Shown here: in pieces, positions 59,238-64,000 of the stretch | Layout: the number at the start of each line of letters is the position of its first letter | Position numbering within the stretch: position 1 is the first letter of the stretch | Origin: Myxococcota bacterium | GTDB taxonomy: Bacteria; Myxococcota_A; UBA9160; UBA6930 | Direction: 5' to 3' | Length of the DNA: 64,000 nt | NCBI GenBank assembly: GCA_965223415.1 | Contig: OZ245002.1 | Span: 5,440,001-5,504,000, forward strand | Made by a program: the position numbers and the translations under genes | Notes under the pieces: generated by a model | What the model was told of the DNA's origin: nothing | Database searches by the model: none | The model's input: the letters and a program-made list of their open reading frames with translations, nothing else

Positions 59238-62200
59238 ATGCTGGTTTGCCGTGCCGTGCCTGCGTGGCTGTGGGGATTCATCGCGGCGGGGCTCGCCCTG
59301 CCCTCGCCGGCCGCGGCCATCGACCTGTGGGACGGACGCGTCGAGATCCACGGCGCCTTCGAGATGCAGCTGCGCACGATGGCGCGCGATCTCGACATGT
59401 CCGACGACATCGACCTCACCCAGTGGTACAACATCATCAACCTGGAGATCGAAGCGGATCTGGCGCCGGACGGCTGGGGCCCCTTCGACCTCATCTCGGG
59501 CTTTGCACGCATCGAGGGGCGCTACGACTGCGTGTGGCGGCGCGGCTGCGGCCTCTTCCCGAACGTCGACGTGTACGGCGACCGGCCCGGGCGCCAGCCG
59601 AAGCGCCTCGCGGATGGCCGCCGGGCGGGCTTCCGCTCGACGGGCCAGCTCTTCAACGGCGACACGCGCTTCTTCCGCGACATCCCCCGAGAGTTCCTGC
59701 CCTACCGCTTCCGGGACCGCGATCGCGGCTCCCGGGTCGTCTCGCCCTTCTTCAACATCCAGGGCATCGACACCCTCTTCGACTCCCCCGGTGCTGACGG
59801 CGTCTTCGGAACCGAGGACGACCCGGCGCCCTTCTACTTCGCCGAGATCCTCGCCGACGACTGCGACTTCAACTTCCGCAAGCGCCGCGGCAGCATGGAC
59901 GGCGTCGGGAGCCAGATCATGGGCCCCTGGCAGCCCGCGTGCACGATCCGGCCCCTCGGAAAGCTGGCGGACAAGCCCAACCCCTTCTCCCGGCTCGATC
60001 GCTCGCCCATCACCGGCCGAATCGGCGCGGGCGAGCTCCCCTACCGGCCCGCACCCGCCGTGGCTGCCGACCACTGGGCGCCGAAGGACGTGGCCCGCGG
60101 CGCCTACTACCCGAACGAGCGCCTCCAGCAGGCCCTGCGCGAGAGCCGCTTCGATGGCTTCGACCAGAACTTCACGGTGAACGAGCTGCAGTGGAACCAG
60201 GGCGCGAGCCAGCAGGACGAGAAGTGGCTGAAGGAGGCCTATCTCGACGTCGAGGCCGTCGACAGCCAGCTCTGGCTGCGGCTCGGCAAGCAGACCATCG
60301 TCTGGGGCAAGACCGAGCTCTTCCGCAACCAGGACCAGTGGAATCCCCAGGATCTGGCCCTCGCCTCCCTGCCCAGCCTGGAGGACTCGCGTATCGCCCT
60401 GTGGGCGGCGCGCGCCGTGTGGTCCTTCTGGAATGTGGGGCCCTTCGAGGACGTCCGCGCCGAGGCCGTCGTCCTGATGGACCAGTTCGAGCCTGCCGAT
60501 CTGGGCCGCTGCGGCGAGCCCTACGCGCCCAACCCGGTCTGCGACAAGACCCTGGGCCTGTTCATTCACGGCCTCACCGGCTTCGGGGTCGCCGGCGAGC
60601 GGCGCCCGCCGAACCCGTGGAACAGCTGGCACGGCGTGGAGTTCGGCGCCCGCCTCGAGTGGCGCTACGACCGCTTCTCCTTCGCGCTCACGGACTACTA
60701 CGGCTTCACCGACATGGCCTACCAGGAGACGCTCTTCCGCTATGCCCGGAACGTCGATCCCGGGAGCGGACGGCCCCGTCACACCATGACCGAAGGCCGC
60801 TGCCGGACCGGGCGCGAGGGCGCGTGCCTCGACTCGGACGAGGCGCTCACCCGCCACAGTGCCAACCAGCAGCTCTTCGCCATGATCTGCTCGACGAGCA
60901 TCGGCTTCAGCTCCCTCGACCTGAGCGCCTGCGGCCAGTCCGTGCTGAACAGCCTGGCGACCGTCGACAACGACAATCCCGCCACGCCGGGGGTCGTCGA
61001 GGTGGCACCCCTTCCGGTGGTCGGGGTGGTCGGCACGATCCTCTCGGGCCAGAACGCGGCGGGCATCTTCGGCCCGACCCACGGCAACCAGTTCCTGCCC
61101 ACCCTGGCCGGCTACACGCCGGCTACCGTCACGGCGATCGCCGCCAACGCGCCCTTCGCCCAGTCCTACTTCAACCTCACCACCTTCACGACCGATCCCA
61201 CCGTGCTCGTGCCCCTGGTGGCCGACCCGGCCGACGGCGGCCAGGCCTTCGTCAGCCAGTATCCGGCCTCGGTCCAGGCGGCTCTGATCGCCGGCGCCGT
61301 CCCGCCGCTCCAGTCCAACGCGTTCCTCTCGAACGGCCTCTCCCCGTTCCTGACCGACGAGCAGGAGGCCCTGCTGGGGTGCGGCCCGTTCTACGGGACG
61401 AACTGCGACATCGACGGCGTCGACCTGCTGAACGCCGAGGCCACCGCACTGTTCCAGTCCTTCCCCGGCATCGCCGGCACCTTCGGCACCGACTGGGACA
61501 CCACCGACCGAGGCCTCGCCCAGCCCGGCACCGTCGGATTCGATCACGGGCCGCTGTGCACCCGCTGGGACGGCAGCGAGGTCGTGATCCTGCCGGGCTG
61601 CCGGGCCCCCGGCGAGGACGGCTACAGCCGGCTCGTCGACGGCAGCACCGCCGGTCAGGTCCATCCCTTCGTCGGCCAGGCCTGGCGCAGCGAGATGTCC
61701 ATCGTCTCGTGGAACTTCCTGATGGGCCTGGTCGGTCTCTCCAGCGCCGACGATCCGGCCAACCCCACCGAGAGCGACTTCGCGCCGAACAACCCGTTCC
61801 GCAAGAACGGCTGCTCCTTCGCCAAGCCCCAGCTCTGCAGCGTGGTGCAGTCCTTCTTCCAGATCACCGGCGTGCAGCGCAACACCCGCCGGGCCGGCGG
61901 CAACCACCGCTTCGGCCGGCGCGACTTCGCATGGCACGGAGGGCGCGACATCGTCCTCCGCTACCAGAAGCGCAACATCCTGGGCTTCTCCCTGGACTTC
62001 GCGGAAGACGTGACGAAGTCGAACGTCGGCCTCGAGTTCACCTGGGAGAACGACGTCCACCTGGCCGACTTCGACCGCATCGACGGCCTCACCGAGGTCG
62101 ACCAGTTCAACCTCACCGTCTCCGTGGACCGGCCGACCTTCATCAACTTCCTGAACGCCAACCGCACCTTCTTCATCAACACCCAGTGGTTCTTCCGCTA

Positions 62201-62561
62201 CGTGTCGGGCTACGAGGAGAGCTTCGCGAGCAGCGGCCCCTGGAACGTGCTGGCGGTCCTGACGGTGAACACCGGCTACTTCGACGACAGGCTCCAGCCG
62301 AGCATGCAGTTCGTGTACGACTTCCCATCGAACTCGAGCGCCATGATCAACCAGGTGACCTACCGGTACTCCTCGGACTTCTCGGTCACCTTCGGCTTCG
62401 CCCTCTTCCAGGGCCGTGAGGAGCGCCGCAACATGCCCCTCGTCCCGACCTCCCTCACGAACCGCGTCGGCCGGCACGCCTACAAGGACTTCGTCGAGAA
62501 CGGCCTCGCCGCCGTCCGGGACCGCGACGAGTTCTTCGTCCGCCTCCGCTACACCTTCTGA
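59238..62561 (+). CDS. Large DUF1302-like outer-membrane protein
   Basis: Signal peptide; LKEAYLD, RLGKQTIVWGKTELFRNQDQWNPQD and C-terminal RYTF; GAGGAGG RBS. Confidence 0.8.
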   Translation: MLVCRAVPAWLWGFIAAGLALPSPAAAIDLWDGRVEIHGAFEMQLRTMARDLDMSDDIDLTQWYNIINLEIEADLAPDGWGPFDLISGFARIEGRYDCVWRRGCGLFPNVDVYGDRPGRQPKRLADGRRAGFRSTGQLFNGDTRFFRDIPREFLPYRFRDRDRGSRVVSPFFNIQGIDTLFDSPGADGVFGTEDDPAPFYFAEILADDCDFNFRKRRGSMDGVGSQIMGPWQPACTIRPLGKLADKPNPFSRLDRSPITGRIGAGELPYRPAPAVAADHWAPKDVARGAYYPNERLQQALRESRFDGFDQNFTVNELQWNQGASQQDEKWLKEAYLDVEAVDSQLWLRLGKQTIVWGKTELFRNQDQWNPQDLALASLPSLEDSRIALWAARAVWSFWNVGPFEDVRAEAVVLMDQFEPADLGRCGEPYAPNPVCDKTLGLFIHGLTGFGVAGERRPPNPWNSWHGVEFGARLEWRYDRFSFALTDYYGFTDMAYQETLFRYARNVDPGSGRPRHTMTEGRCRTGREGACLDSDEALTRHSANQQLFAMICSTSIGFSSLDLSACGQSVLNSLATVDNDNPATPGVVEVAPLPVVGVVGTILSGQNAAGIFGPTHGNQFLPTLAGYTPATVTAIAANAPFAQSYFNLTTFTTDPTVLVPLVADPADGGQAFVSQYPASVQAALIAGAVPPLQSNAFLSNGLSPFLTDEQEALLGCGPFYGTNCDIDGVDLLNAEATALFQSFPGIAGTFGTDWDTTDRGLAQPGTVGFDHGPLCTRWDGSEVVILPGCRAPGEDGYSRLVDGSTAGQVHPFVGQAWRSEMSIVSWNFLMGLVGLSSADDPANPTESDFAPNNPFRKNGCSFAKPQLCSVVQSFFQITGVQRNTRRAGGNHRFGRRDFAWHGGRDIVLRYQKRNILGFSLDFAEDVTKSNVGLEFTWENDVHLADFDRIDGLTEVDQFNLTVSVDRPTFINFLNANRTFFINTQWFFRYVSGYEESFASSGPWNVLAVLTVNTGYFDDRLQPSMQFVYDFPSNSSAMINQVTYRYSSDFSVTFGFALFQGREERRNMPLVPTSLTNRVGRHAYKDFVENGLAAVRDRDEFFVRLRYTF

Positions 62562-62584
62562 GGGGCCGGTTCCGATGGTTGCGT

Positions 62585-63070
62585 TCAGCCGCCCATCGGG
62601 TCGAGGGTGACGACGTCGTCGCGGAGCAGGTTCTCGGAGAGGACCGACTCCTCCTCGTGGAGCATGTCGGTCTCGATGTCCGCGATGAGGAAGAGGGTGC
62701 GCCGGGCCAGGCGGCCGATGTCCGCGTTGGGCTTGCTCAGCTCCTGGACGTAGGAGAGGAGCAGCTTCCGCTGGTCGCGGTGCTCGTCGAGGACGAGCTG
62801 GGCCCGCTCCTCCCCCCAGGCGTCCACGGTGCGCAGCAGCGGCACCATGAAGCGCTCCTCCATGTCCAGATGGCGGAAGAACCGATCGGCGAAACGCTCC
62901 GCCTCGCGCTTGAGCTCGACGCTCCGGGTCCGATCCCCGGTCCGCGCCCACTCGGCGGCGGCACGGAGATCGCGGAGCAGGAGGCGGAGGCGGGCGTGGT
63001 CCTCGAGCACCATGCGGCGGATTTCGCTCGGGCGGAGCTCCCCTGGCCGCTCGGTACCTTCGGTCGTCAT
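62585..63070 (-). CDS. Hemerythrin/HHE-domain protein
   Basis: DH, HLDMEE, EH and HEE motifs; ATGA coupling to the upstream gene. Confidence 0.72.
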   Translation of the reverse strand: MTTEGTERPGELRPSEIRRMVLEDHARLRLLLRDLRAAAEWARTGDRTRSVELKREAERFADRFFRHLDMEERFMVPLLRTVDAWGEERAQLVLDEHRDQRKLLLSYVQELSKPNADIGRLARRTLFLIADIETDMLHEEESVLSENLLRDDVVTLDPMGG

Positions 63071-63999
63071 CGTGGATCCTCCGTGGCCCGCCGAAGGGGC
63101 GTCGGACGCCGAGCCGCGTCCACGAGCTCCCGACAAGCCTCATCGGTCGCCACGACGAGCTCATGAAGGTCCGGGAAGGCGTCCCAATCCGCATTGAAGC
63201 CCCAGGAGAGGCCGGCGGGTCCGTAGGCCAGGGAGATCCCGAGGGCGAGGCCGTGGGTGACCGGCTCGATAGGGATGGTCTCCTCGACGGGCGCCTCCAG
63301 CAGGAACCGGGGACTGGAGGGGCCGTGCTCGACGGCGATCACCAGGTGGAAGGGGTGGCGGCTGCGCAGGACGCGTGTGGCCAGGGAGAAGATGGCGCCG
63401 GGGATCTGCGTGCCGAGCTCCGCCAGCAGGCCCGCGCCCCGTCCCTGCTCCCGGGCCTCGCGGCTGCGGGTGCGGCGACGGACCTCCTCCAGGCGTCGCA
63501 CCGGGTCCGGCTCGTCCAGGGGCAGCAGGGTCATCCACGCGACCTGCTCGCCGGCGGCCGCCTCCGCCGCCACGTCGAGGGGCGCGAGGGCACGCAGCTC
63601 GAAGCCGTCGAGATCGATGGCGCGCGTCTCGGCGAGGAAGCGGGCCAGGGCGCGCGCCGCACAGGTGAGCGCGATCTCCTCGACACTCGCACCGAAGCGA
63701 CGCACCACCGAATCGACCGCCTCGCGATCCATCCGGCACCAATCGGTGCGGCGGAGCGAGCTCACCCGCACGTCGAAGGGGCTGTCGGAGCCGTGGTGGA
63801 GGCCGCTGGCGACGGCCTGCCCGACGGCTCGGAGGCGCTCGCCGAGCCCGGCCTCCCCCGGCTCCGGCGCGACCCAGCGACGCATGCGCTCCCACCAGGT
63901 GGCGGGCAGCTGCGCCAGCTCCTGCAGCTCGTCGAGCGCGAGCTCGGCCCGACTCGGCCGGGGATGGGGGCGCCAGTGGGCGGGCGGACCGACCTTGTC
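63067..63999 (-). CDS. Wax ester synthase/DGAT family protein (5'-partial, divergent)
   Basis: WRPHPRPS, LPLDEPDPVRRL, LALGISLAY and GFNADWDAFPDL motifs. Confidence 0.78.
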   Translation of the reverse strand, partial: DKVGPPAHWRPHPRPSRAELALDELQELAQLPATWWERMRRWVAPEPGEAGLGERLRAVGQAVASGLHHGSDSPFDVRVSSLRRTDWCRMDREAVDSVVRRFGASVEEIALTCAARALARFLAETRAIDLDGFELRALAPLDVAAEAAAGEQVAWMTLLPLDEPDPVRRLEEVRRRTRSREAREQGRGAGLLAELGTQIPGAIFSLATRVLRSRHPFHLVIAVEHGPSSPRFLLEAPVEETIPIEPVTHGLALGISLAYGPAGLSWGFNADWDAFPDLHELVVATDEACRELVDAARRPTPLRRATEDPR

Positions 64000-64000
64000 C

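Noticed and set aside
59202..63194. 1330-aa minus ORF and similar long shadow ORFs (42246-45647, 42500-45724, 50759-53989)
   Set aside because: Antisense or off-frame shadows of well-supported genes, expected at this GC content.

Overview
High-GC bacterial chromosome segment. The gene repertoire suggests an uncultured Myxococcota-like lipid degrader, but that is inference only. The window has five parts. (1) 1-16.7 kb: a visibly less GC-rich accessory region of lipid/aromatic catabolic genes lying 3' of an intact tRNA-Asp(GTC). It is punctuated by two ~197-bp diverged direct repeats, each joining a tRNA-Asp 3' end to a tRNA-Arg(TCG) 3' remnant, with no integrase in view. (2) 18.5-37.9 kb: a surface-glycan locus with rfbF/rfbG, C- and O-methyltransferases, a 3,5-epimerase, a reductase, five glycosyltransferases and six sulfotransferase-fold genes. 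Three adjacent sulfotransferase-fold genes lack the canonical PAPS-loop Lys/Arg. (3) 38-45.7 kb: ordinary metabolic and transport genes. (4) 45.7-50.8 kb: a decayed element integrated at tRNA-Val(TAC), with a 43-bp att duplication and arm-type repeats. It carries a 5'-truncated tyrosine integrase whose C-terminus would change between the integrated and excised states, a GIY-YIG-like polymorphic-toxin tip split by a DDE IS, Imm26-like and DUF4259 genes, a 28-nt poly-C tract and an IS200. (5) 50.9-64 kb: FMO, GST, CYP153-like P450, pyruvate kinase, a giant Cys-rich DUF1302-like protein, a hemerythrin-like protein and WS/DGAT. No CRISPR array or rRNA was seen. Family assignments come from motif recognition by eye, not database searches.
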